The notes under the pieces are model-generated. The model ran no database searches, was not told the DNA's origin, and was given only the letters and a program-made list of their open reading frames with translations. A stretch of DNA of 64,000 bases from the IMG/VR virus record IMGVR_UViG_3300027708_000059. One strand, written 5' to 3'. Both the position numbers and the translations under genes were made by a program. Below are positions 48,034 through 57,511 of the stretch, in pieces. Source of the DNA: a virus. The first letter of the stretch is position 1, and each line of letters begins with the position of its first letter.

Positions 48034-50366
48034 TATTAGAAAAACAAACAGAAGCCACCATTTTAGAAACAGGAGATTCATCAGAATCAATTGGTATGTC
48101 ATTAGACTTAGATTCTGCTCAGATATTGATGCAGATGTTAAGTAAGAATCTATATTCAGATTCAATAGGCTCCACTATCAGAGAATGTGCATCTAATGCA
48201 CTTGATAGTCATAGAAGAGCTGGTGTTGACAAACCTATAGTTGTAGGATTTAAGAAGAACAAAGAAGACAATTATGAATTCACTGTAGAAGATTTTGGTA
48301 TAGGCTTAGATGCTGATGATGTACGTAATATTATTAGTAAATACGGTAAATCTACCAAAAGGAATAGTAATACAGAATTGGGTATGATGGGACTTGGTTT
48401 TAAGGCTCCTCTTGCTTATAGTTCTAGTTTCTATTTTGTATGTAGGAAAGATGGTATGGAGAGGAAATACATGATGTATGAAGGTGAAGACACCAACAGC
48501 ATTGATCTTCTTTATGAAGCTTCTACAACAGAAGAAAATGGTGTAAAGATCATTATTCCAGTTAACTACTATGATAGAAGTGCATTCACCAGGAAGATTA
48601 AGGAGCAGTTGGCTTATTTTGAGAGTGTTTATTTTGATTGTGAGGATAATGTAAACAATGATTTTATCATCCACAGAAGTGAACATTTCCAATTCTCTGA
48701 ACTATCTAGTAGTGATTATTTACACATATCTCTAGACAATGTCTACTATCCTATTGATTTCGATAAACTAGGAATCAAAGAAAGGATAGACTTTCCTGTA
48801 GCATTGAGGTTTAGTCTTACAGATGGGTTATTTCCCACTCCAAACAGAGAATCCATTAGATATACCAAGGAAGCTAAACAAATCATCCTAGATAAGATAA
48901 GGAAGGTGGCTGATTTCTATGCTAATAAGTATAATGAGACTATGGTTGAAACAGATGATGTTACGGCTGTATTTAAACATTTCTCTGAATCTCGAAGGTA
49001 TGTAAAAGGATTCAAAAAAGATTCATCATTAAATATTAGCAATTTACATGAGTGGTGTTCTATAAAGCTTCTAAGTCCTACATTGAAAGGTGTTAAACTC
49101 TTAGATCTTGAGAGAGTTAATTTCATAAGAGAGCATCTTCTTCAGGAATATGAGATAAAGCATAGTGTTTCTAATAACAGAATAAAAGAAGCAAAGAGAA
49201 GCTATGATCAAGTGATTAATACATCAGACATAGACAGACATAAACTTTACATATATTCTGATAAAATCTCTGGTGCAAAGAAAAACTATTTGAAATCTAT
49301 TCATACTGGAAGATGGGAGAATGAAGGTAAACTAGTTAAGAGAAAACATACATCTGTTACATTAGGAAGTGTTTTACGTACCACTAATTATAAAACATAT
49401 GTAACATTACTAGAGCTTAAAAAACATCCAAAATCTGAATGGAGAGATAGAATTAAAGAATATCAACATATTGTATCCCTGTTAACTAATAATTTTATTA
49501 ATCTTGATGAGATGGTTATTCCTGATATATGGATAAAAAACAACACAAGAGCAAAAGCAGTTATCACTGGAACAACTGGTGGTGGTGTAAGAAGAGTTAA
49601 ACTAGCAGGAGAGATTGTTGGTAAAGAAGGCACACCATTAGAGAGATATGTAGATGGTAAAAACTGTAAATGGGTGAGTGTAACCTATAAACTAGAGGAA
49701 ATACATCGCATGAAACACCTTGTTGTATATGGTGGAGATGCTGATGTAGCTAAAATGGATAAATTGTTTAGTATTGTTGCAGGCAACAGGATGAAAACAA
49801 AGATTAAATTTATTCAGTTCTCAGAAAGGGAACTAAAGAATCTAGAAAAAATAGACATTCACAATTGGGTAAAACTTGAAACATTTATGGAAGGTAAAAA
49901 CAAACCATTCAAAAGACTAATCACTGCATATCTTATTCATCAATTAATGAGGAAAAATGAGGATGTGTTTGAGAAGAAACAACAACTTATGGGCATTTCT
50001 GGTGATCTCTATCTAAAACTTGATTTATTAGAAGAATACAAGGGTAAATATTTTTGTTATGCAAATGAAGACATATATAGTGCAATGTTAGAAATAGCTA
50101 ACGCTAACAATTTGTTCGATGGAGAGATATATCCTATATATAAGGAAATTAAAACTCTTACAGAGAAACTTACATTCTTACAACCATTATGTGATAAGCT
50201 TTCTTATTATCGTAATGAGAAAGATCCAATTCTAGATGCTATTGCAGATTTGTTCAAATATTACAGAACAAGAATAGATTGGAAAAACTACAACATTAAG
50301 TTGACAGAAGAAAAGTTGTTAGAGAAAGAGCTAACAGAAGAAAACGTTGAAGAATTAATAGACTAA
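48030..50366 (+). CDS. HSP90/HtpG-family GHKL ATPase (778 aa)
   Basis: LYSDSIGSTIRECASNALDS, EDFGIGL, ISKYGKST, GMMGLGFKAP, and middle-domain-like VNFIREHLLQ (cf. NVSREILQ). Confidence 0.65.
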   Translation: MILEKQTEATILETGDSSESIGMSLDLDSAQILMQMLSKNLYSDSIGSTIRECASNALDSHRRAGVDKPIVVGFKKNKEDNYEFTVEDFGIGLDADDVRNIISKYGKSTKRNSNTELGMMGLGFKAPLAYSSSFYFVCRKDGMERKYMMYEGEDTNSIDLLYEASTTEENGVKIIIPVNYYDRSAFTRKIKEQLAYFESVYFDCEDNVNNDFIIHRSEHFQFSELSSSDYLHISLDNVYYPIDFDKLGIKERIDFPVALRFSLTDGLFPTPNRESIRYTKEAKQIILDKIRKVADFYANKYNETMVETDDVTAVFKHFSESRRYVKGFKKDSSLNISNLHEWCSIKLLSPTLKGVKLLDLERVNFIREHLLQEYEIKHSVSNNRIKEAKRSYDQVINTSDIDRHKLYIYSDKISGAKKNYLKSIHTGRWENEGKLVKRKHTSVTLGSVLRTTNYKTYVTLLELKKHPKSEWRDRIKEYQHIVSLLTNNFINLDEMVIPDIWIKNNTRAKAVITGTTGGGVRRVKLAGEIVGKEGTPLERYVDGKNCKWVSVTYKLEEIHRMKHLVVYGGDADVAKMDKLFSIVAGNRMKTKIKFIQFSERELKNLEKIDIHNWVKLETFMEGKNKPFKRLITAYLIHQLMRKNEDVFEKKQQLMGISGDLYLKLDLLEEYKGKYFCYANEDIYSAMLEIANANNLFDGEIYPIYKEIKTLTEKLTFLQPLCDKLSYYRNEKDPILDAIADLFKYYRTRIDWKNYNIKLTEEKLLEKELTEENVEELID

Positions 50367-50369
50367 TTA

Positions 50370-50400
50370 AAAAGGGGGAGATATTCTCCCCCTTTCACAT
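50370..50400 (+). terminator. rho-independent terminator
   Basis: GGGGGAGA-tatt-TCTCCCCC followed by TTTCACATTT. Confidence 0.65.
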
Positions 50401-50416
50401 TTAAAACAAAAACAAC

Positions 50417-51973
50417 ATGAGTATCAGTTTCAATTGGTTCAAATCCAAAAAAGTACAAGAGTTACAAGATTTACAGATTGAGGAACAGAGGATCAAAAAT
50501 GACCTCTTACGTAAAGATTTATTTAAAACACCTTTCCCAGACACAATTAGTGTCAACATTGTAAGCAGTGAACCTAAAGTTGAGCCTAAAGAAGATTTAG
50601 ACAACAAGCCCTATCTAAATGTAAAACTAGTGAATGATGTGCTCACCATTGTTCTAAAAGATGGTAGCATAATTACAAAGCCTGGAGCTACAGCTGATGA
50701 TTTCAAAAGAGCTAGAGCATGTTTTACAGAGAACATGTTAATTGATCTTGTTGCTACACAGGAAGTGGTGCAAGAAAGAAAAGAAAGAGAAGATGAAGTT
50801 AAAAGGTTTAAAGCTATTCACAAAGGTTTTGAACTTTTGAGCAAGTTTAGCCATTTTAGAGTGGAGGGTAATTCTGTCTATCTATCTGGAATAAATAGAA
50901 GTCTTCCTCAATTACTAATAGAAAGATTTATAGAGATTGTAGACAGTTATAGCGATTTCTCCCAACCATATGCAGAAAAGTTGTTGTTACAAAATGATGA
51001 GTTCGTTGGACTAAAGAGGTTCTTTATGTGGGCTTGTCTAAATCCAAGAGTAGAAGTGGCAAACAGCTTATTTGATTTCCTAAGTAAAAATGGTATGAAG
51101 ATCACTAAACAAGGATTCTTTGTAGCATTGAGAAATGTTGTAACATCTCATGGATCTGCTGAACTAGTTCATTTCATTAGCAATGCTTATAATAAAGTGA
51201 AAGCTGTATGGAAGAAATCTCCAGCTGATTATCATGTATTCCTAGAGAATGGTGCATATAAAATGGTTCACACTGATTCCTTAACTTACACTATGATAGA
51301 AGATTGTGATAGATGTGATGGTTCTGGAACAACTTTTGAATATGATGAAGAATATGATGATCATGGTCATTGTTATGAGTGCGATGGTAAAGGTGATGTA
51401 GAAGTTACCTATCATAAAGACAATGGTCAATTGATTGGTAATCTAACAGAACTATATCTTGATCTTCCTAATAGATCAGAGAATAGATTTACAGACAACT
51501 GGACAAGAACATTTGATATTCGCATTGGACAAGTGGTGAGTATGCCAAGTGAGAATTGTGATTGGAGTACACAAGATTGTGCTACAGCAGGATTACACTT
51601 TGCTGGTCATACAGCTCCTTATGTTCTATGTGGTGATACAACAGTTTTCACTCTTCACAATCCTATGAAAGTTGTGGGTATTGGTACAGAGAAGGGTAGA
51701 TGCTGGGAATATCTTCCATTTATGACTACAAATGTTACTGAAGCAAATGAAATCATGAATGATAAAGATTTTGATTTCTTACAGCTAGATGAAGCATATG
51801 CAATTCGTGAATTGGAAAATCTTGCTGAGAAAGCTAAAGAAGGTTTCCAAACAGAAACTAGCAAGCATGATTTCAATCTGCCAAGTATTTCTGTAAATGA
51901 AATTAACAATATTGTAAAATCTCTAGATGAAATGAAAAGTGAAATTTCAAGTAGAGTGAGCAATATTGATTAA
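50417..51973 (+). CDS. protein with DnaJ-type CxxCxGxG zinc-finger repeats (518 aa)
   Basis: CDRCDGSG and CYECDGKG lie 20 residues apart. A further Cys cluster is CDWSTQDC...C. Flanked by terminators on both sides. Confidence 0.5.
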   Translation: MSISFNWFKSKKVQELQDLQIEEQRIKNDLLRKDLFKTPFPDTISVNIVSSEPKVEPKEDLDNKPYLNVKLVNDVLTIVLKDGSIITKPGATADDFKRARACFTENMLIDLVATQEVVQERKEREDEVKRFKAIHKGFELLSKFSHFRVEGNSVYLSGINRSLPQLLIERFIEIVDSYSDFSQPYAEKLLLQNDEFVGLKRFFMWACLNPRVEVANSLFDFLSKNGMKITKQGFFVALRNVVTSHGSAELVHFISNAYNKVKAVWKKSPADYHVFLENGAYKMVHTDSLTYTMIEDCDRCDGSGTTFEYDEEYDDHGHCYECDGKGDVEVTYHKDNGQLIGNLTELYLDLPNRSENRFTDNWTRTFDIRIGQVVSMPSENCDWSTQDCATAGLHFAGHTAPYVLCGDTTVFTLHNPMKVVGIGTEKGRCWEYLPFMTTNVTEANEIMNDKDFDFLQLDEAYAIRELENLAEKAKEGFQTETSKHDFNLPSISVNEINNIVKSLDEMKSEISSRVSNID

Positions 51974-51986
51974 ATTTTAACATAAT

Positions 51987-52030
51987 CTGTCCCATTTATT
52001 TCGTATATTTGGGACAGATTTTATTTATTT
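51987..52030 (+). terminator. rho-independent terminator (loop carries TATATTTG)
   Basis: CTGTCCCA-15 nt-TGGGACAG followed by ATTTTATTTATTT. Confidence 0.6.
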
Positions 52031-52033
52031 ATT

Positions 52034-52453
52034 ATGATTAGAAAGAAAAAAGCAGCCCCTAAGAAAGTTGCAAAGAAAAGAATAGCTGCTCCCAAGACTA
52101 GAAATGCTGGCACAATGAGTGAAAGTGCTTTCTGGAGTTTTATACGTAGTGGTCTTAGACAAAAATCAAGATGGTGGAAACCTATTACACAATGCAAAAT
52201 GTTAGCTAAAAGAGTTTACAAAGGACCTAATAAGCGACAAAGATTTGAATATCAATGCAATGAGTGTAAGAATTGGTTTATTGAAAAGAAAGTTAACGTA
52301 GATCATATTATAGGAGCAGGTTCATTGAAGTGTGCTAACGATCTTCCAGGGTTTGTAGAAAGGTTATTCTGTGAAATTGACAACTTACAAGTCTTATGTG
52401 AGAATTGTCACAATATTAAAACTCAAAACGATAAAAATGGAACAGAAAAGTGA
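52034..52453 (+). CDS. HNH endonuclease
   Basis: VDHII ... NLQVLCENCHNIKT (HNH H-N-H pattern with a Cys pair). Basic N-terminus. Confidence 0.55.
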   Translation: MIRKKKAAPKKVAKKRIAAPKTRNAGTMSESAFWSFIRSGLRQKSRWWKPITQCKMLAKRVYKGPNKRQRFEYQCNECKNWFIEKKVNVDHIIGAGSLKCANDLPGFVERLFCEIDNLQVLCENCHNIKTQNDKNGTEK

Positions 52454-52673
52454 AATTAGTATTAACAAAACACCATCATTCTGTGAGAATTGGCATGAAG
52501 GATATGTAGAATATCAAGGTAGACAACACAAGTTCTGGCTAATAAATCCAAAAAGAATTAATCCAGAAGATTACGATTATGAATTAGAAGTGAGATGGTT
52601 CTTTAAAAACGTTCCTACGGAAGTTAGAATGATGTACTCACTAATTGTTGAATCATTTAAACAAAAAATATGA
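52437..52673 (+). CDS. hypothetical protein
   Basis: Internal ATG of the 52371 ORF overlaps the HNH stop. Confidence 0.35.
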   Translation: MEQKSEISINKTPSFCENWHEGYVEYQGRQHKFWLINPKRINPEDYDYELEVRWFFKNVPTEVRMMYSLIVESFKQKI

Positions 52674-53689
52674 AAACAGAAGCAACCTATAGAGCAGTAA
52701 AAATGGACAGCTCTAGTTCCTTGAAGGAATTTTGTCTAGACAGAAAGAAATACCATCGTAAGTATATTCTTAATGAAGCAGTAGAAGAAGGTGTAAACAA
52801 GGCTGCGACAATTGGCAGGATAGTTGAGACACTTCTATTAGAACCAGAAGAGTTTGACAATAGATTCTATCTATCTGTATGTAGTAAAGCACCTACAGGA
52901 TTGATGTTAGACTTTGTAAATGCTTTAAGTAAGCATACAATAGATTCTACAGATGCTGATACTGGTGCAGTTACAAGAACATTTGAACAGATTGCACAGG
53001 ATGCATATGTTGATTCTGGGTTTAAGATTAAATTTGAAGCTGTTCTTACTAAGTTTATAGGAAGTGATGCAGAAATCTTCTATAAAGAAATGAGAGAAGT
53101 GCAGGCTAAAGGTCTTACAGTGGTAACCACTGAAGATATAGCTAATGCTGATAGAACAGTAACTGAACTTAAAACTAATTTTGTCACTAAAGAAGTGATT
53201 AATTTAGTTAGTAGTGTTCGTTATACAGTGATGAATCAATTCCAGGTAGAAGGATATCTTGTGGATGAGCATCCATTTAAGAGTATGATGGATAAAATTG
53301 TGATTGATCACAATGAGAAAACAATCCAGGTGTATGATCTTAAATGTGTTTGGGCTGTAGAAAACTTCTATGAAGAGTATTATCTATACAGGAGAAGTTA
53401 TATTCAAGCTTATTTATATTGGAAAGCATCTGCATATATATGTCCTGAAGGTTATACAGTTCTCTATCCTAAGTTTATTGTATGTGACAGCACAAACTAT
53501 TTCAATCCATTGATTTATACAATGACTGATATAGATATAATGGATGCATATAATGGATTTGAACATAAAGGAAGAGTCTATCCAGGTGTTAAATTATTGA
53601 TTCAGAACTTAGACTGGGCAATTGCTAATGATACATGGAATATCAGCAAGGAGAATTACATTAATAACGGAGTAGTAAACATTAGATAA
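52670..53689 (+). CDS. PD-(D/E)xK nuclease (phage exonuclease candidate)
   Basis: IVIDHNEKTIQVYDLKC fits the D ... (D/E)-x-K core. Lies in the recombination neighbourhood. Confidence 0.45.
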   Translation: MKTEATYRAVKMDSSSSLKEFCLDRKKYHRKYILNEAVEEGVNKAATIGRIVETLLLEPEEFDNRFYLSVCSKAPTGLMLDFVNALSKHTIDSTDADTGAVTRTFEQIAQDAYVDSGFKIKFEAVLTKFIGSDAEIFYKEMREVQAKGLTVVTTEDIANADRTVTELKTNFVTKEVINLVSSVRYTVMNQFQVEGYLVDEHPFKSMMDKIVIDHNEKTIQVYDLKCVWAVENFYEEYYLYRRSYIQAYLYWKASAYICPEGYTVLYPKFIVCDSTNYFNPLIYTMTDIDIMDAYNGFEHKGRVYPGVKLLIQNLDWAIANDTWNISKENYINNGVVNIR

Positions 53690-54247
53690 ATGGAGATAAA
53701 AAAGACAATAACTAGTATATTCATGGTTCCTACGCTAAAGATAGATAAAGACAAGCTAAAAGACAATGGATATATAAATGGTTATGCAAAAGATGAAAGC
53801 CCAGATGCAGCAAGTTATGAAAACTGTGTCTATCTTTTGTTTAAACCATCCAATCTTGATAAGTTTCGTAGTTTTCTAGATGGAGAATATGAAAGGACAA
53901 AAAGCGTAATAGATGATTATGATTATGAAGATGGATATATTGTCGTAGTTTACAAGCTAAATCCAAAATTTAATAAGGATTACAAGCTTGTAAAAGAAGG
54001 TTTATATTCTAGAACTTCTAAAGAATTCCAAGCATTATTTCCAAAAATTGTCAAAATTGTAAAGAATGGACTTCATAGAGAGGAAATATCTTTACAATAC
54101 AGAGTTTTTAATAAAACTGAAGACATGATTTTATTTTGGGAAGAAAAGCTAGGAGTTATATTTGATCATGATCAAGAAGTTTGGCATGGATATGAGTATA
54201 AAAATGAAATTCTTAACATTAATAAATTTAAAGAGCATGTACAATAA
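53690..54247 (+). CDS. hypothetical protein
   Basis: ORF. Confidence 0.4.
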   Translation: MEIKKTITSIFMVPTLKIDKDKLKDNGYINGYAKDESPDAASYENCVYLLFKPSNLDKFRSFLDGEYERTKSVIDDYDYEDGYIVVVYKLNPKFNKDYKLVKEGLYSRTSKEFQALFPKIVKIVKNGLHREEISLQYRVFNKTEDMILFWEEKLGVIFDHDQEVWHGYEYKNEILNINKFKEHVQ

Positions 54248-54443
54248 AGAAATACTAGATGAACTAGTGAGACAATTTGGTGTAACTAGTGTTATATTAT
54301 TTTGTAAAATGGAAAGTACAAAGAATTCAATTCTATATAATGATTGTATCAAATCTGGAGACAATGAATGTGTAGAATATGATTTTGAGAGAGATTGGTG
54401 GGGAAAAGCAGGAAATGAATTAACACAAAACTTAAAAAAATAA
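54237..54443 (+). CDS. hypothetical protein
   Basis: Internal ATG of the 54162 ORF, chosen to avoid a large overlap. Confidence 0.3.
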   Translation: MYNKEILDELVRQFGVTSVILFCKMESTKNSILYNDCIKSGDNECVEYDFERDWWGKAGNELTQNLKK

Positions 54444-54444
54444 T

Positions 54445-54816
54445 ATGACAGCATTAGAATTATTAGAAGCCTACCCAAAAGCTGCTATTGTAGTGAAACA
54501 ATGGTATTTAGAAAAAATGTTAGAATCATTAAACAACGATTCTCTTCCAGAAGATTTTAAAGAACATGTCAGGAATGAAGGAGTGGATGATTATAAAATT
54601 GCAGCAGTGATTGATATTGGTCCAAGAGCATTATTTGATGCATTTGATGAAAATCATATATATATTCAAATTAATGTATTACCAGAAGATTCATCAGCTA
54701 CATTTACTCATATTATAAATAATTCTTTTGTTTCTTTAATTGTTTATAATAATAGAAAAGGAGCAGAAAGAGCTGCTATTGAACAAGCATTTGAAATTTT
54801 AAATAGTAAGTTATGA
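54445..54816 (+). CDS. hypothetical protein
   Basis: ORF. Confidence 0.4.
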   Translation: MTALELLEAYPKAAIVVKQWYLEKMLESLNNDSLPEDFKEHVRNEGVDDYKIAAVIDIGPRALFDAFDENHIYIQINVLPEDSSATFTHIINNSFVSLIVYNNRKGAERAAIEQAFEILNSKL

Positions 54817-55112
54817 GACAAATAGATGAACTGGTCAAAACAAATTTTACTATAAAAAGACGTTTTCGTAATAAACATACGAAAATAGATATTATAGATT
54901 GTCAGCCTCATTTATATTTACATGATAATCTTATAGCTAAAAGAAATGACAAAGATGAACTTCTAATTAATCATTGTGGTTGGGAAACTGTCACTACAAG
55001 AGCAAGGTTAAATTCCCTACCTGGCGTAAATATTAGAATTCTTAAAGGAAACTTTATATTAAATGAAAAAGGACCTATGGAAGAAGGTTGGATAAATATA
55101 GATAAATTATGA
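54813..55112 (+). CDS. hypothetical protein
   Basis: ORF with ATGA overlap. Confidence 0.4.
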   Translation: MRQIDELVKTNFTIKRRFRNKHTKIDIIDCQPHLYLHDNLIAKRNDKDELLINHCGWETVTTRARLNSLPGVNIRILKGNFILNEKGPMEEGWINIDKL

Positions 55113-55360
55113 GAGATAAAATAGTAGAACAAGTTATTAATAAATATGAAGATAGGAGTTATATTGGTATTGCTAAATATGGCACCACTCTAGAAGACAA
55201 TAACAAGGATAATTATTTAAAACATCTACAGGAAGAATTGATGGATGCTACTCTTTATTTAGAGAAAATAATGTATCTAAATAAAGAAATAACTAGGTTA
55301 GTTAAAGATCATCCAAATGATTGTGAACTTGGTATGTTAATAAGGAACATGGTTATATAA
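55109..55360 (+). CDS. hypothetical protein
   Basis: ORF with ATGA overlap. Confidence 0.4.
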   Translation: MRDKIVEQVINKYEDRSYIGIAKYGTTLEDNNKDNYLKHLQEELMDATLYLEKIMYLNKEITRLVKDHPNDCELGMLIRNMVI

Positions 55361-55386
55361 TATTTTAGTTTTCTCTTGGTTAGTAA

Positions 55387-55420
55387 AGGGGGATGCATTA
55401 AATTCGCATTCCCCTTTTAT
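55387..55420 (+). terminator. rho-independent terminator
   Basis: GGGGGATGC-attaaattc-GCATTCCCC followed by TTTTATTTTTT. Confidence 0.55.
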
Positions 55421-55445
55421 TTTTTAACATACAAACAAAAAACAC

Positions 55446-57302
55446 ATGGATTTAGGATTAGAAGCCTTGAGCAAAATTACAATTTTTAGCAAATATGCTA
55501 AATACAATTCAGAACTAAAACGAAGAGAAACCTGGGATGAAATTATTGATCGTTATCAAACAATGATGATTAAAAAATATCCTTTATTAGAAGATGCTAT
55601 CATCAATAGTGCTAAATTCATCAGAGAAAAGAAAGTCTTACCATCTATGAGAGCATTACAGTTTGCAGGAAGTGCGGCTGAAGTGAATAATGCAAGAATT
55701 TACAACTGTTGCTACCTACCAATTGATAGCTTACATAGCTTTTCAGAAACTATGTTTCTTTTATTAGGAGGAACTGGTGTAGGATTTAGTGTTCAAAAAC
55801 ATCACGTAGAACAACTTCCAGCTATAAAGAAGCAAGACACTTATAAAATGAGAACCTATCTAATTGAGGATAGTATTATGGGATGGGCTGATGCTGTTAA
55901 AGTGTTAATGAAATTCTACTTTGAAGGTGGATATAAGCCTAAATTTGACTTTAGAGCTATTAGACACAAAGGAGCAAGACTTGTTACAGCTGGTGGTAAA
56001 GCACCTGGTCCTGAACCATTAAAGATAGCATTAGCTCATATTGATGCTGTTATGGAAAGAAAAGAGAATGGTAGTAAGCTATCTCCTTTAGAATGCCATG
56101 ATATTCAATGTCATATAGCAAATTCTGTATTAGCTGGAGGAATTAGAAGAAGTGCAATGATCTCTTTATTTAGTCATGATGATGAGGAAATGATCACATG
56201 TAAATATGGATCTTGGTGGGAATTGAATGAGCAAAGAGGTAGAAGTAATAATTCAGCTGTTCTTGAGAGAGGACAAGTTGGAGAAGAAGAATTCTTAGCT
56301 CTTTGGAAAAGGATTGAACTATCAGGAAGTGGTGAACCAGGAATCTATTGGACTAATAACAAAGATTGGGGAACTAATCCTTGTTGTGAGATTGGGCTAA
56401 GACCATATCAATTCTGTAACCTATGTGAGGTGAATGTTAGTGATATATCTAGTCAGGAAGAATTAAATGATAGAGTGGTGGTAGCATCATTCTTTGGTAC
56501 ATTGCAAGCTGGATTTAGTGACTTTCATTATCTAAGACCTATCTGGGCTAAGACAACACAGAAAGATGCTCTATTGGGCATAGGAATGACAGGTATAGGA
56601 TCTGGTGAAATCTTAAAATACAATCTTGAGATAGCTGCAAACACAGCAAAGGTTGTTAATAGTATGATATCTGCCCAAATTGGAACTAATGAAGCAGCTA
56701 GAATTACATGTATTAAGCCTAGTGGAACAACTAGTCTAGTCTTAGGTACAGCTAGTGGAATTCATGCTTGGCATAATGACTACTATTTAAGAACCATGAG
56801 ATTTAATAAGAATGAGGACATTGCTAGCTATTTAATGGTGAACCACCCAGAATTATGTGAAGATGATGTACTTAGACCTAAAGATACAGTGTGTGTACGT
56901 ATTCCAGTTAAAGCTCCTGAAGGATCTATCCTTAGAACAGAAACAGCACTTGATACATTAGAACGTGTAAAGAAATTTGCTACACAATGGATTGTACCAG
57001 GACATTTAAATGGAGATAATACACATAATGTAAGTGCTACAATCTCTATTCTAGAAGATGGATGGAAAGAGGTAGGTGATTGGATGTGGGAAAATAGAGA
57101 AGTGTACAATGGACTATCTGTACTACCACATTTTGGAGGAAGCTATAAACAAGCACCTTTCGAGGACATTACAAAAGAACAATATGATGAGAAGATTAAT
57201 TCTTTAAAATCTATTGATCTTACAAATGTTACAGAGCTAGATGATACAGTGAATTTTAATGAATCTGTTGCTTGTGGAGGAGGAGCATGTGAAATAGTGT
57301 AA
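55446..57302 (+). CDS. ribonucleotide reductase catalytic subunit, probably class II (B12-dependent, NrdJ-like)
   Basis: GGTGVGFS, the catalytic NPCCEIGL (N-x-C-x-E) and a C-terminal CGGGACEIV Cys pair. No NrdB/NrdF small subunit nearby. Confidence 0.7.
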   Translation: MDLGLEALSKITIFSKYAKYNSELKRRETWDEIIDRYQTMMIKKYPLLEDAIINSAKFIREKKVLPSMRALQFAGSAAEVNNARIYNCCYLPIDSLHSFSETMFLLLGGTGVGFSVQKHHVEQLPAIKKQDTYKMRTYLIEDSIMGWADAVKVLMKFYFEGGYKPKFDFRAIRHKGARLVTAGGKAPGPEPLKIALAHIDAVMERKENGSKLSPLECHDIQCHIANSVLAGGIRRSAMISLFSHDDEEMITCKYGSWWELNEQRGRSNNSAVLERGQVGEEEFLALWKRIELSGSGEPGIYWTNNKDWGTNPCCEIGLRPYQFCNLCEVNVSDISSQEELNDRVVVASFFGTLQAGFSDFHYLRPIWAKTTQKDALLGIGMTGIGSGEILKYNLEIAANTAKVVNSMISAQIGTNEAARITCIKPSGTTSLVLGTASGIHAWHNDYYLRTMRFNKNEDIASYLMVNHPELCEDDVLRPKDTVCVRIPVKAPEGSILRTETALDTLERVKKFATQWIVPGHLNGDNTHNVSATISILEDGWKEVGDWMWENREVYNGLSVLPHFGGSYKQAPFEDITKEQYDEKINSLKSIDLTNVTELDDTVNFNESVACGGGACEIV

Positions 57303-57401
57303 TATGAAAGGAGATAACCTAGTACAGAATATAATAAATGGTATTTATTATTCTATAAAAGATAAAAGATAATATTTTTTGTTTTTGATTAATAATGATG
57401 A

Positions 57402-57438
57402 AAGCCCTGGTGTTTCTACACTGGGGCTATTTTTTTTC
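57402..57438 (+). terminator. terminator-like hairpin with T8 run
   Basis: AGCCCTGGTG...CACTGGGGCT followed by ATTTTTTTT. Confidence 0.45.
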
Positions 57439-57511
57439 AAAAAAAGTGTATATTTTTTAACGTTATGTGGATTAATTTTAGTAAATTTGTTAAAATAAAA
57501 AAAGAAAAAAT

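Noticed and set aside
48030-51973. Type II topoisomerase (GyrB-like GHKL subunit plus GyrA-like partner), as in T4 gp39/gp52
   Set aside because: The N-domain motifs match Hsp90 (LYS...RE..SNA.D, G.FG.GF, middle-domain REHLLQ) rather than GyrB (no ELVDNS.DE/GLHGVG, no Toprim). The downstream protein has no GyrA-like Tyr or CAP region.
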